Shown: positions 12,781 through 23,808 of the stretch, one piece after another
How positions within the stretch are numbered: position 1 is the stretch's first letter
Layout of the letters: every line of letters begins with the position of its first letter
Assembly: GCF_021869535.1 (NCBI RefSeq)
Contig: NW_026262679.1
Location: forward strand, 42,284,001-42,348,000
Source of the DNA: Mytilus californianus
Taxonomy: Eukaryota
Length of the DNA stretch: 64,000 nt
Reading direction: 5' to 3'
Program-made: the position numbers and the translations under genes
Notes under the pieces: generated by a model
The model's database searches: none
The model's input: the letters and a program-made list of their open reading frames with translations, nothing else
Told to the model about the DNA's origin: nothing

Positions 12781-13998
12781 AAACAAAAGTGCACACGCTG
12801 AAATGTCTCGCCTTCTTTACTAAACATTGATATTATGTTGATAATCCTAAATATAAAGCTTTACTACAACTATCACATAAACTTAACATGATCCAAGAAA
12901 ATGAGGTCAATGTCATATTAACCAAACAAGAAAAACATGTACACGTTACAATCATTCAATACACTAAATATATTTGACCTATTGCTCATAGTTTCTTAGA
13001 TACAGACTTAACCAAGAAAACTAAACATGGACCAATGAACCATGAAAATGAGGTCAAGGTCAGATGAACCATGCCAGGCAGACATGTACAGCTTGCAATC
13101 CTTCCATACAACAAATATAGTTGACCTATTGCTTATAGTATTAGAAAAACAGACCAAAACACAAAAAACTTAACACTGAGCAATGAACCGTGAAAATGAG
13201 GTCAAGGTCAAATAAAGCCTGTAAGACTGACATGTACATCATAAAATATTTCCATACACCAAATATAGTTGACCTATTGCATATAGTATTAGAAAAAAAG
13301 ACCAAAACTCAAAAACTTAACTTTGACCACTGAACCATGAATATGAGGTCAAGGTCAGAAGACACCTGCCAGTTAGACATGTACACTATACAATAATTCC
13401 ATACACCAAATATAGTAGACCTATTGCATACAGTATAAGAAAAACAGACCAAAACACAAAAACTTAACAATAACCACTGAACCATGAAAATGAGGTCAAG
13501 GTCAGATGACACCTGCCAGTTGGACATTTACATCTTACAGTCCTTCCATACACCGAATATGCTAGACCTATTGCTTCTAGTATCTGAGATATGGACTTGA
13601 CCACCAAAACTTAACCTTGTTCACTGATCCATGAAAGGAGGTCGAGGTCAAGTGAAAACAGATTGTCTGACGGGCATGAGGACCTTGCAGGGTACGCACA
13701 TACCAAATATAGTTATCCTATTACTCATAATAAGAGAGAAATTAACATTACAAAAAATCTGAACTTTGTTTTCAAGTAGTCACTGAACCATGAAAATGAG
13801 GTCAAGAACAATGGCCATGGACATGTGACAGATGGAAACTTCGTAACATAAGGCATCTATATACAAAGTATGAAGCATCCAGGTCTTCCCCCTTCTAAAA
13901 TATAAAGCTTTTAAGAAGTTAGCTAACGCCGCCGCCGCCGCCGGATCACTATCCCTATGTCGAGCTTTCCGCGACAAAAGTCGCAGACTCGACAAAAA
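12781..13998 (+). mobile_element. Helentron/HINE-like element with ~150-bp internal tandem array (~6-7 copies), (GCC)n and 3' stem-loop
   Basis: aaccatgaaaatgaggtcaaggtca recurs every ~147-160 bp. Hairpin gtcgagc..gcgac-aaaa-gtcgc..ctcgac at 13959-13993, then an A-run. Confidence 0.75.
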
Positions 13999-14238
13999 TC
14001 AAAGCATGCCCTGCATTACTTTTGTGGCGAATAAGAACTTATTTTCCATACACTATTGAAAAAACATAACGGTTATTGTTCAAAAGGGAAATATTTATTT
14101 CACCTGCAGAAGTCCTGTCAATGGATGTGCAAAATTTAATACATATAATTGGATAATAGAAATCGCTAAAAATACCGAATACTACAACAAACTATATCAG
14201 CCACCAACATCCAAGTCCTCTGGAAAAAACATACATAC

Positions 14239-14290
14239 AACCAAAGACAAATGAACAATACGTGGTCTGTCTTACCTGACTTATGTTCAT
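14239..14290 (-). CDS. Candidate exon 1 of paralog A (MNISQVRQTTYCSFVFG)
   Basis: Homologous to 32346-32472. Ends GGT T|GTATGT (phase 1, matching exon 2). Lies ~570 bp downstream of the last exon of B, the same arrangement as at 32.4 kb. Weak as a signal peptide. Confidence 0.45.
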
Positions 14291-14856
14291 ATTGTAGGGA
14301 GAGACAATTAAAACACAGACCAAAATCTTTACAATTTGTAAAATGTTTTTTAAAGCGATTTCAGCAATATAATTGAATTTCTATGTTTTGTGTTGTGTCA
14401 TTACTGTGGTGCAATGTTGTTTTACACTTAACCGACTTTCCGTTTAGCGCCATACTCGTATCCTACTTGTCAACTTGTTTATTCCTTTTATTTAATAGTT
14501 TTCTTCAGATTCAACCAGAAGTGTACTCTTATTGATCGCATTTATATCATCGGCTTGAAGTTATAAGAGATTCGAAAATATATACATGTACATTCCTGTC
14601 TCTCTGGAATAGGATATTTGAGATTCTCCTATGATTGTTGCCTGTTATCTATTTTTTGCATGAAGAAATATTTCTCGTATCACACTGCACGGAGTGTGAT
14701 ACGAAAACGTGATACGAAAATGCTTTAATTTGGATAGCTTATCCAGCATCTTGAGACGTTAATACGACATTACTATTGGATATTCTTTGGGTCATTGGTA
14801 ACTATCAAAGATAATAATTTTGAAGAATGGGTTCATGTAGTACGTATGTGTCGTCA

Positions 14857-14936
14857 TCATTGATTGGTCGGAGGTGCTGATGGAGGTGTATAACGTATAG
14901 CGGTTTCATAACTTGGAGGAGGCGTTAATGAATCTC
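14857..14936 (-). CDS. Paralog B terminal exon (GDSLTPPPSYETAIRYTPPSAPPTNQ*), PPxY motif
   Basis: Acceptor ttttgtctgttgcag (phase 1). 80 nt to TGA. Homologous 80-nt exons at 32965 and 55695. The five B exons sum to 1041 nt = 346 aa + stop. Confidence 0.88.
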
Positions 14937-15320
14937 CTGCAACAGACAAAAAGTAATATTTAATGTAGTGTGAAATTTATGAGTGTCAAATGGGAATGAA
15001 TTAAGGTAGTTTAATATACACATTGATGACTTTTACCTGAAAAAAATGTATAATTTTAATACTAAGACCAACATTTTTTTTATAATTATAGTGCACTATT
15101 ATAAATAGTTAAATGAACACATCATGATTTTTTCTATTTCTTTTCAGATAAAAACCGATACTTCATATGCAAGATGAATCCTGTAACTGCACCCCCTGAC
15201 GTCATCGAAATTCGAATTCTTCGATTACATTTATATGAATGATTTTATATTGAAATGAAGTACGCAAACTTTTAGAAAACAATAACCTTCTAGATTTAAG
15301 CAGGTATGACAGCTGGCAAG

Positions 15321-17129
15321 ACCTTATAGAACTGAAAGTAGACCTGCTGCAAGTTTGCAGTTAAACAGAAAATAGTGTTTGCATATGTTTGCTGCTAGCT
15401 GCAAACTTCACGCAAACATTGCAGCTTTTTGCTGCAAGCTTGCGGCAAGTTTGCGGAAACACCAATGTTTGCAGTAAGATTGCAAGAGAGTTCAGATAAT
15501 AAAGAATGTTTGCCGCAAGATTTCAGAAATCTTTGACCATTCTATATGTTTGCAAGAACATTGCAAGAATTACACAATATTGACGTAGCATGCCTGGTTG
15601 TCACTTCCCGGAAGCTAGCAATTTGAAATTTTGGGCTAGGTCATGTTGATTGTGTTTGAGAAATGCTATATGTAAGAGATCAAGGAGGCATTTTGGTTCA
15701 TTGATATAAGATATTCAATATGTAATTGTGTAAGTACAAATTAGTCATAGAACTGTAAAAAATAATTAAATTCACCATCATACATATATATAATTATAAC
15801 TTAACTTTGTTTGAAATACTCTAGCTATATTTAGTTTGGATTTTGTAACTGATTAAATATAAACTGTTTAATAAGTTTAGATCTATTTCAATTCTGTAAT
15901 GAAATTATTACCTAGCTTGTATATGCTCAATACACATTTGAGATTTATCCATTTATATTTCTTTATATATATTTACATTTGAGCATGCTCCCCATTCAAA
16001 AATGAAATAGTTGTATGTATTTCTTTATATTGTTAAAATAAACTTTTTCACTTTTTTGGTCTTTTGGAAAATGTTGGTTGTGCTGTATTTGGACCCCTCT
16101 AACAAGAAATTTGTTTTGCATGCACACGTATAAAAATTGCGGTTCTTATCCAACGCAATCATAGGTTTGAACGTTGTTTTCAATTTAGACTTGTATATAT
16201 TTTTTCGTTTGGGCTTGTATTATATTTGCCTTCGGGTTTATATGATCCGTTCATCCTATTTTGACTCCTCAAAATTCAAGAGTCTATCCTAAATTGAGGT
16301 AAATTATATGGCCTTCCAAATACCGTTTCGATTCCTAACATTACTGAAGAGACATTAATTGTCGAAATCCGGATATGGTGTACAAATATTTGCACCTCAT
16401 GTTTGCGGTATACCATCTTCCCGCAAGTTTATTGTTTTCTGTTTGGTAATAGATTAATTATATGATCCATTTTGTTACATCTCATGATCCGTTTATTTGG
16501 CAATCGCCAATGGCAGTCAGCAGGGTTTAAGAACATCAATTGTTCGACCTGCTAGTCAAATGTGTTTTGTTAAAATATACTTTTTCACTTTTTTGGTCTT
16601 TTGAAAATGTTGTTTGTGTTGTATTTAGACCCCTCTCTCAAGAAAATTGTTTTGCATGCACACGTATAAAAATTGAGGTTTTTATCCACGCAATCATAGG
16701 GTTGAACGTTGTTTTCAATTTAGACTTTTTTCTTTATATATATATATTCACTAAATCATAGATACGTTAGCAAGTATTCTTTCAAAGGCTGTATATGTAC
16801 AGGATTTTCTTTTTTGAGAATTTTGATGTGTAATTTGAAAGATATAAATTAAATGTGTCTAGGCACATAACATTGGTATATATGTGTAGTTCCTGCAAGT
16901 ATGCTGCAAACACGCAGCAGAAAGAAATAATAAGTGTTAAAAAGTTTGCAGCAAGTTTGCAGCAAATCTAATTTGCATGATTATGTTTGCCGCAAGCTTA
17001 CCACAAGCTTCGTGTGCATGGTAAAATGGTTGCGGCAAATTTGCAGCAAACATTTGCTAAAAACTTGCGGCAATATTTGCCATTAGTTTGCTGCAAACGT
17101 TTGCCACGAGGCTTATTTTTCGGTAAGGG
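15321..17129. mobile_element. Old CMC/EnSpm-like non-autonomous element with subterminal TTGCAGCAAA/TTTGCGGCAA repeats and nested insertions
   Basis: Right end ...TTTTCGGTAAGGG. Repeat clusters at 15340-15570 and 16890-17110. Left TIR degenerate. Internal ~160-bp direct repeat at ~16032 and ~16567. Confidence 0.5.
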
Positions 17130-17936
17130 AGGGCATTAGTGTTTTCCTGGCACTTCTAGTTTTATTTTATTCAATATTTATCATTTTGACATGCTCGCTA
17201 TTATTCTTCCTGGTATCATCGTGGTAGATATTGATGAACCATATAAAAATGGTTATGGTCATAGAGATGTATTTTTTTTTATTAGCTATTGTTATTTTTT
17301 GTTTTATTAATGTTATATATATTTTTGAATTTTTTAAACTTTAATCATAAATTCGTAGAAAAACGACGACGTAAAATGTTATTTCGAAGATAAATACAAT
17401 AATTAAAAACAAACTCCGTTCATAAATTTAGAAGTTGAAATATAATTGAACAAAATGATAATCAAAAAAGGGAAAAACATATAAACGACCTGAAACTATA
17501 GTTGATAAAATCATTGCGGATCCACTGTAATCGAATTTAACTTTTTTAAATTACAATCATCCACGATTTATATACCATAAGTATTTAGGTTTGTACAGAA
17601 AAAATATATTGGATGTTAATAAGACTATAAAGTGATCAAACACATTACGAATACCGTTTGCTATGATCGTATCATAACCATATTGGTCTTCTTATTATGT
17701 TTCGATGATTCAAATTCCTAAAATATCAGCTTCCAAGCTATCATCTCCTCTGTCATTCATCTTTCCACCAAACTATAGCCATTCGGCATTATGAGCTGCA
17801 TATACAAAAGTTTATCCATTGAACGATTATAAATAAAGCTGAATTCGAAAAAAATAATGAGTGTGTGCTTGAATCTGTGGAAAAACCAATAGATGCATAA
17901 TATAATGTAATTTAAAGTTTATATAATAAATGATAC

Positions 17937-18380
17937 CTTGTAATGTATTGTAATCCGGTGGTGGTACGGAAGGCTCCGGCATTAAAGTCGACGTGTGAGT
18001 CTGTTCTGGCTCTTGTGGTATTGGATTCATTCCTGTTGTTTCCAAAGATGGATCTTCATGACTCTCGCCTCTCACACTTAAAATTAAAGTTGTACAGCAA
18101 CCCGCCCATGCAGTACAACACTCCCCACATGGCTTACATATATTTTCACAATCACAGTCACATGAGGGTAAATTTGCTGTACAGTCAAAACATTCACATT
18201 TGAAACAATTACATACAGCCTCGCCAATACAAGCAATACCACCACCAATGCTTTCTACTCCTCTTCTAGGTCCTCGGCCAGACTTGATGCAGAAAAACAT
18301 ACCAAATGCACAAACAATAAAGATTACAACAGAAACAACAGTTATACCTATGTTGCTGCTGGTTGGTGTAATCTTTTTAT
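17937..18380 (-). CDS. Paralog B exon 4: TM helix (IGITVVSVVIFIVCAFGMFFCI), Cys-rich cytoplasmic block, PPPDYNTL
   Basis: Acceptor tttgaatttcag, donor G|GTATCA, 444 nt (phase 1-1), open throughout. Aligns with 34514-34936 (KPCGECCxAWAGCCTTL). Confidence 0.9.
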
Positions 18381-19009
18381 CTGAAATTCAAAGCAGAGAA
18401 ACCAGGTTGATTAACGATTTAAAAAAAAGTAAATAACAAAAAAAAATGTACTGCAAGGGAAATTCAAAACCGAAAGTCCTTTATAAAAATGGCAAATCAA
18501 AAGCTGAAACACATCTCATGCATAGAAAACAACTGTTATATTCTTGACTTGGGTACAGGCACTTCCTTATGTAGAACATTGTGGATTAAACCTGGTTTTA
18601 TAGCTAGCTAAATCTCTCACTTGTATGGCAGTCGTATAACCGAGGGTTTTCCGGCTATAGTAATTCAAAGACGGAATACCAATACTTTAAGCTATATTAG
18701 CAAGGTCCGGACAGTACCAGACCTAAGACCTCAACTGACTTCCGAAAATATCATTCAAAAGCATATATATAAAATATGTATCTATAGAAAAGGATTAGTG
18801 TCCAACGGATTAACTTGTCAACGTCAAAGTGATTTCAATTACGACGAATATATATTTAACAATAGAATTAATTAAATACAAAGAAAGGTAAAAGGTTAGA
18901 TAAACGGATTAACAAACTATCACTTTAGCACTTAAAATATATTGTCTGAATTTGCTTTATTTCTAATTCACATTTTTCCAAATCTTCCAGGTTATATTCG
19001 CCACGGAAG

Positions 19010-19240
19010 CAAGACAAGTCAAAAGTTGGGCTAGTTGGCAGACCTTATTTCATCGGGATTGTACCCTTTTTCATAAGTGGGGCGAGTTGGCAGACCTATA
19101 TTCAACGGGATTTTACCCTTTTTCAAAAGTGGGGCGAGTTGGTAAACAAGAGTGGGGCGATTTTTCAGAAATGGGGCGAGTTGGTGAAAAAGTGGGGCTA
19201 TTTGGTGTGGGGCGATTTGGCAGTGGGGCGACTTGTCATG
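19010..19240 (+). repeat. G-rich element with repeated (A/G)TGGGGCGA(G/T)TTGG motifs and short inverted ends (GACAAGTC...GACTTGTC). Second copy at 22424-22654
   Basis: About 8 motif copies visible. Probably a small DNA-TE derivative nested next to the LTR. Confidence 0.6.
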
Positions 19241-19308
19241 GATTCTCAGCCACTACTCCACCTAAACTCGGTCTCCGAGTTTGCTGAATTGAGACAATTT
19301 CACTTCGG

Positions 19309-20061
19309 TTATCTTCGTGGGTATCCTCCTTGTCGTTGGCGTTGATGCGAATTGTTGGAATAGTTTGTACGCAAACTTTCAATTTGATTCTCGGCGATTG
19401 AAAGTTCACGAAGCAAGTTTTGATGTTCACGTATATTGTCGGAATTTAGTACCTTGAGTTTCTGAATTTCGTCTTTAAGTGTTTTGATAAAATGACAGTC
19501 TTGCATCTCAGCATTTTTCAAATCCATGGTTAAACGGTATCTAGTGTTAGTTAAATTAAGGTTTTCCTCTTTCAAACGCACTATTTCCTTTTCAAAATTT
19601 TCAGTTCTACTTGTATGCTCAGGTAACTCCCGGTCGATCGTTTGGATTAGTCGAACATGTTGTAAACGTTCCAAATTTAATTTGTCAAAACTGTTCCTTA
19701 ACATTACATTGTCCTTAATAACGGTATCCAATTTCGAATTTTCACATTTGAGGACAGCAATTTCTTTCAGTGAGTTTCGATGAGACGCTTTTAGCTTGTT
19801 TAGGTGCTGTTTCGCGGATTCGTCCTGTATGGAGCATGTAAAAGTAGAGATTTCCTTGTCCTCGAGTCCTTGAAACGGAAATTGAGACATTTGTTTCTTC
19901 TCTATAAACTTTCTCACCTGTCGCTGTCTCTTTTTTGGTTTTGGGTTGCTGACAAATGCCTTCACGTGAAAACTACACATGCGGGCAAAATGTCCATGAT
20001 GTCTGCATTTGTAACAATAAGCGTTTACTGCATTACACCGATGGTATGTGAAAACATTCAA
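19309..20061 (-). CDS. Zinc-knuckle (CYKCRHHGHFARMC, CX2CX4HX4C) plus coiled-coil ORF of the LTR element
   Basis: 250 open codons with a CCHC motif. The upstream part (MRRSDTCLEFLCKYCG, from ~20182) is cut off by a ~60-bp piece of a host repeat at ~20070-20133. Confidence 0.75.
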   Translation of the reverse strand: MNVFTYHRCNAVNAYCYKCRHHGHFARMCSFHVKAFVSNPKPKKRQRQVRKFIEKKQMSQFPFQGLEDKEISTFTCSIQDESAKQHLNKLKASHRNSLKEIAVLKCENSKLDTVIKDNVMLRNSFDKLNLERLQHVRLIQTIDRELPEHTSRTENFEKEIVRLKEENLNLTNTRYRLTMDLKNAEMQDCHFIKTLKDEIQKLKVLNSDNIREHQNLLRELSIAENQIESLRTNYSNNSHQRQRQGGYPRR

Positions 20062-21144
20062 TATCTTAATTTGATTAGGGACTTTCCGTTTTGAATTTTC
20101 CTCGGAGTTCAGTATTTTTGTGATTTTACTTTTTACCGCAATATTTGCACAGAAATTCCAAACAGGTATCTGATCTTCTCATCGGAAACGGATGTCCATT
20201 TCTGCAAGGCTAGTAATTCGAAGGTCATTCCATTCTGTTGCTTCTGAAGGTATTCATTTGCTAGTTTGGGGGAACTAGCTCAGGATTGTGCCCGGGTCCT
20301 CAACCAACATATAACCGGGGGTTTTCCGGCTATAGTAATTCAAAGACGGAATACCAATACTTTAAACTTTATTAGCAAGGTCCGGAAAGTACCAGACCTA
20401 AGACCTCAACTGACTTCCGAAAATATCATAAAAGGTTAGATAAACGGATTAACAAATTGTCACTTTAGCACTTAAAATATATTGTCTGAATTTGCTTTAT
20501 TTCTAATTCACATTTGACCAAATCTTCCGGGTTATAGTCGCATTGAATTCCATAATATTGATTATATATAAATGTGTGAGCAAAACAAACAGATATAATT
20601 GGTAAAATCGTCAAAAATTGGGGTACAGCAGTCAACATTGTAATATAATATTAATCACTATAAAAACAAATAACTGTTTTAACAAAGAAACACAAAATGG
20701 CATAAAGACAAAGTACATAAGAAAAAATGAAAGACAATGATTCAAAAATGACCATAGGACAATAACACAAACGCTTTAAGTAGAAAAAGTTGGTTTTTGT
20801 TTGCTCAAAATATTTTCTTGTCTGTAGTTCAAATGTTTTCGAAACTAATTCAATGTTTACTGTACCCTATGTTGTTCTTCTGACCGAGATGAAAAAAAAG
20901 GTTGAATAAAGAATGAATTATAGAAATCAAATTTTCTCTAAAAATTATTATAGATTCTTTCAGCCGTTTCATTTCAGCATAACACAGAAGGTCTTGATAT
21001 CAGATACATTGTTAGACCACTTATCTCAGAATTTATTTCACACAAGGGTCGTTTTTAAAAAAAAAGTATTTAACATTCAGTAGCTCCATGTGTGTACTTT
21101 TAGCTTTTAACATCAGTTTGACTTATTCTTAAAAGAGCACTAAA

Positions 21145-21254
21145 TCACAAACGAGATTTGATGCAGAAAAACATACAAAATGCACAAACAATAAAGATTA
21201 CAACAGAAACAAAAGTTATACCTATGTTGCTGCTGGCTGTTGTAATATTTTCAT
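21145..21254 (-). CDS. Older diverged TM exon copy in B: DENITTASSNIGITFVSVVIFIVCAFCMFFCIKSRL* (TM, no cytoplasmic tail)
   Basis: Intact phase-1 acceptor. Complete TM with several substitutions versus exon 4, then TGA. The flanking intron 21305-21650 is a diverged copy of 20780-21150. Confidence 0.45.
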
Positions 21255-21741
21255 CTGAATTTTAAAGAAGAGAAACCAGGCTGACTAACGATTAAAACGC
21301 TTTTTAGTAGAAAAAGTCGGTTTTTGTTTGCTGAGATTATTTTCTTCTGTAATTCATATGTTTTTTGAACTAATTCAATGTTAACTGTACCCTATGTTGT
21401 TTATCTGACCGAGATAGAAAAGGAGTTGAATAAAGAATGAATGATAGAAATCACATTTTCTCTAAAAAATATTATAGATTTTTTACTTTCAACAGAAGAT
21501 CTTTATATTAGATACATTGTTAGACCAATTATCTCAGAATTTATTTCACACAAGGGTCGTTTTTTTTAATTAACTGAAAACTCATGTGTGTACTTTCAGC
21601 TTTTAACAACAGTTTGACTTAATTTTAAAATATCGCTAAATCACAAACGCCTGAATATAGCCAAATCAGCAACTTAGACAGAATTTTAAATTTGTTTATC
21701 TCAAAACTGTTTTAGATGAACATCCTAAACCAAATCCAAAA

Positions 21742-21794
21742 TTATGCTGAAAGTAAAGTTATATGTCTGCTGCTGGTTGGTGTAATCTTTTTAT
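21742..21794 (-). CDS. Duplicated exon-4 5' stub in B: DKKITPTSSRHITLLSA* (no TM, predicts a secreted ectodomain)
   Basis: Acceptor identical to that of the full exon 4 (offset 3414). Truncated at the junction ~21766 and stops at TAA. Use in splicing not shown. Confidence 0.35.
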
Positions 21795-22709
21795 CTGAAA
21801 TTCAAAGCAGAGAAACCAGGTTGATTAACGATTTAAAAAAAAGTAAATAACAAAAAAAAATGTACTGCAAGGGAAATTCAAAACCGAAAGTCCTTTATAA
21901 AAATGGCAAATCAAAAGCTGAAACACATCTCATGCATAGAAAACAACTGTTATATTCTTGACTTGGGTACAGGCACTTCCTTATGTAGAACATTGTGGAT
22001 TAAACCTGGTTTTATAGCTAGCTAAATCTCTCACTTGTATGGCAGTCGTATAACCGAGGGTTTTCCGGCTATAGTAATTCAAAGACGGAATACCAATACT
22101 TTAAGCTATATTAGCAAGGTCCGGACAGTACCAGACCTAAGACCTCAACTGACTTCCGAAAATATCATTCAAAAGCATATATATAAAATATGTATCTATA
22201 GAAAAGGATTAGTGTCCAACGGATTAACTTGTCAACGTCAAAGTGATTTCAATTACGACGAATATATATTTAACAATAGAATTAATTAAATACAAAGAAA
22301 GGTAAAAGGTTAGATAAACGGATTAACAAACTATCACTTTAGCACTTAAAATATATTGTCTGAATTTGCTTTATTTCTAATTCACATTTTTCCAAATCTT
22401 CCAGGTTATATTCGCCACGGAAGCAAGACAAGTCAAAAGTTGGGCTAGTTGGCAGACCTTATTTCATCGGGATTGTACCCTTTTTCATAAGTGGGGCGAG
22501 TTGGCAGACCTATATTCAACGGGATTTTACCCTTTTTCAAAAGTGGGGCGAGTTGGTAAACAAGAGTGGGGCGATTTTTCAGAAATGGGGCGAGTTGGTG
22601 AAAAAGTGGGGCTATTTGGTGTGGGGCGATTTGGCAGTGGGGCGACTTGTCATGGATTCTCAGCCACTACTCCACCTAAACTCGGTCTCCGAGTTTGCTG
22701 AATTGAGAA
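21766..22709 (+). repeat. Recent duplicate of 18352-19295 (offset 3414)
   Basis: Apparently identical. The ORF track shows identical ORF pairs 18621/22035 and 19087/22501. Confidence 0.92.
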
Positions 22710-22784
22710 ATGCACAAACAATAAAGATTACAACAGAAACAAAAGTTATACCTATGTTGCTGCTGGCTGTTGTAATATTTTCAT
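22660..22784 (-). CDS. Duplicated TM exon variant in B: DENITTASSNIGITFVSVVIFIVCAF+LNSANSETEFRWSSG* (TM plus short tail from LTR-element sequence)
   Basis: Intact acceptor ctcttctttaaaattcag (phase 1). Frame runs through the duplication junction at ~22709 into the LTR element's internal region and stops. Use in splicing not shown. Confidence 0.4.
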
Positions 22785-23296
22785 CTGAATTTTAAAGAAG
22801 AGAAACCAGGCTGACTAACGATTAAAACGCTTTTTAGTAGAAAAAGTCGGTTTTTGTTTGCTGAGATTATTTTCTTCTGTAATTCATATGTTTTTTGAAC
22901 TAATTCAATGTTAACTGTACCCTATGTTGTTTATCTGACCGAGATAGAAAAGGAGTTGAATAAAGAATGAATGATAGAAATCACATTTTCTCTAAAAAAT
23001 ATTATAGATTTTTTACTTTCAACAGAAGATCTTTATATTAGATACATTGTTAGACCAATTATCTCAGAATTTATTTCACACAAGGGTCGTTTTTTTTAAT
23101 TAACTGAAAACTCATGTGTGTACTTTCAGCTTTTAACAACAGTTTGACTTAATTTTAAAATATCGCTAAATCACAAACGCCTGAATATAGCCAAATCAGC
23201 AACTTAGACAGAATTTTAAATTTGTTTATCTCAAAACTGTTTTAGATGAACATCCTAAACCAAATCCAAAATTATGCTGAAAGTAAAGTTATATGT
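22709..23296 (+). repeat. Recent duplicate of 21179-21766 (offset 1530)
   Basis: Apparently identical from aatgcacaaacaataaag to aagtaaagttatatgt. Confidence 0.92.
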
Positions 23297-23660
23297 TTTC
23301 TGTTGGATGCGACTTAAGTCCGTTTTGTTCACGGCGTCCTTCCATTCAAAAGTGTTCAAAGTTCTGTAGAATTTGTAAGATTCATCAAAAAGCCAGCTGC
23401 AAACAGTGTTAAATAATATTTCGATGGATTTTTATGGAAATATATTTATTTATTGAGAAGTATTTAAAGTCTATCAAATTGACTCTTCAATATTCACTTT
23501 CCAGTAGGACTTAAACATTTTGTAGATTTTGATCACGTGAATGAAACAAATACAGGTTACATCAGCTCACCTAATTGAAAGCATTTTTTCTTCTAATTGT
23601 CCTGTTAAATTAAATGTATGTCTTTAGCGCCTTTTTTTGTTATTTGTGAACGAATATTAC

Positions 23661-23808
23661 CTCTAAAACGAAATGCTGTGACTTTGATGACGAGGTAGGT
23701 CTTTGGTAGTGGTTCTATATATCTATTTGGTAACATAATGGTTATGGTTAACATGTACGCCTGCTTTACACAGGTTTTCTCTATAGATATGTCGTCTCTC
23801 GTATAATA
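23661..23808 (-). CDS. Paralog B exon 3, ectodomain part 2 (YYTRDDISIEKTCVKQAYMLTITIMLPNRYIEPLPKTYLVIKVTAFRFR)
   Basis: Acceptor tttttgtccactgcag (phase 0), donor G|GTAATA (phase 1). 148 nt, the same length as C exon 3. Shared IEKTCVKQAY and KTYL.IKVTA. Confidence 0.9.

Larger units (their letters stand above)
18635..20536 (-). mobile_element. Non-autonomous LTR retroelement (1.9 kb, gag-like ORF only, no pol)
   Basis: Direct repeats 18635-18996 and 20310-20536, each TATAACC...GGTTATA. 4-bp TSD GTCG at 18631-34 and 20537-40, splitting a host repeat that resumes afterwards. PBS-like TGGTTGAGGACCCGGG 3 nt inside the upstream LTR. Confidence 0.85.

Noticed and set aside
17690-17800. Conserved tgcag|CT(C/T)ATAA acceptor in the last intron of B and C (~34335)
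   Set aside because: Downstream frames are not conserved between paralogs, so shared intron ancestry explains it.
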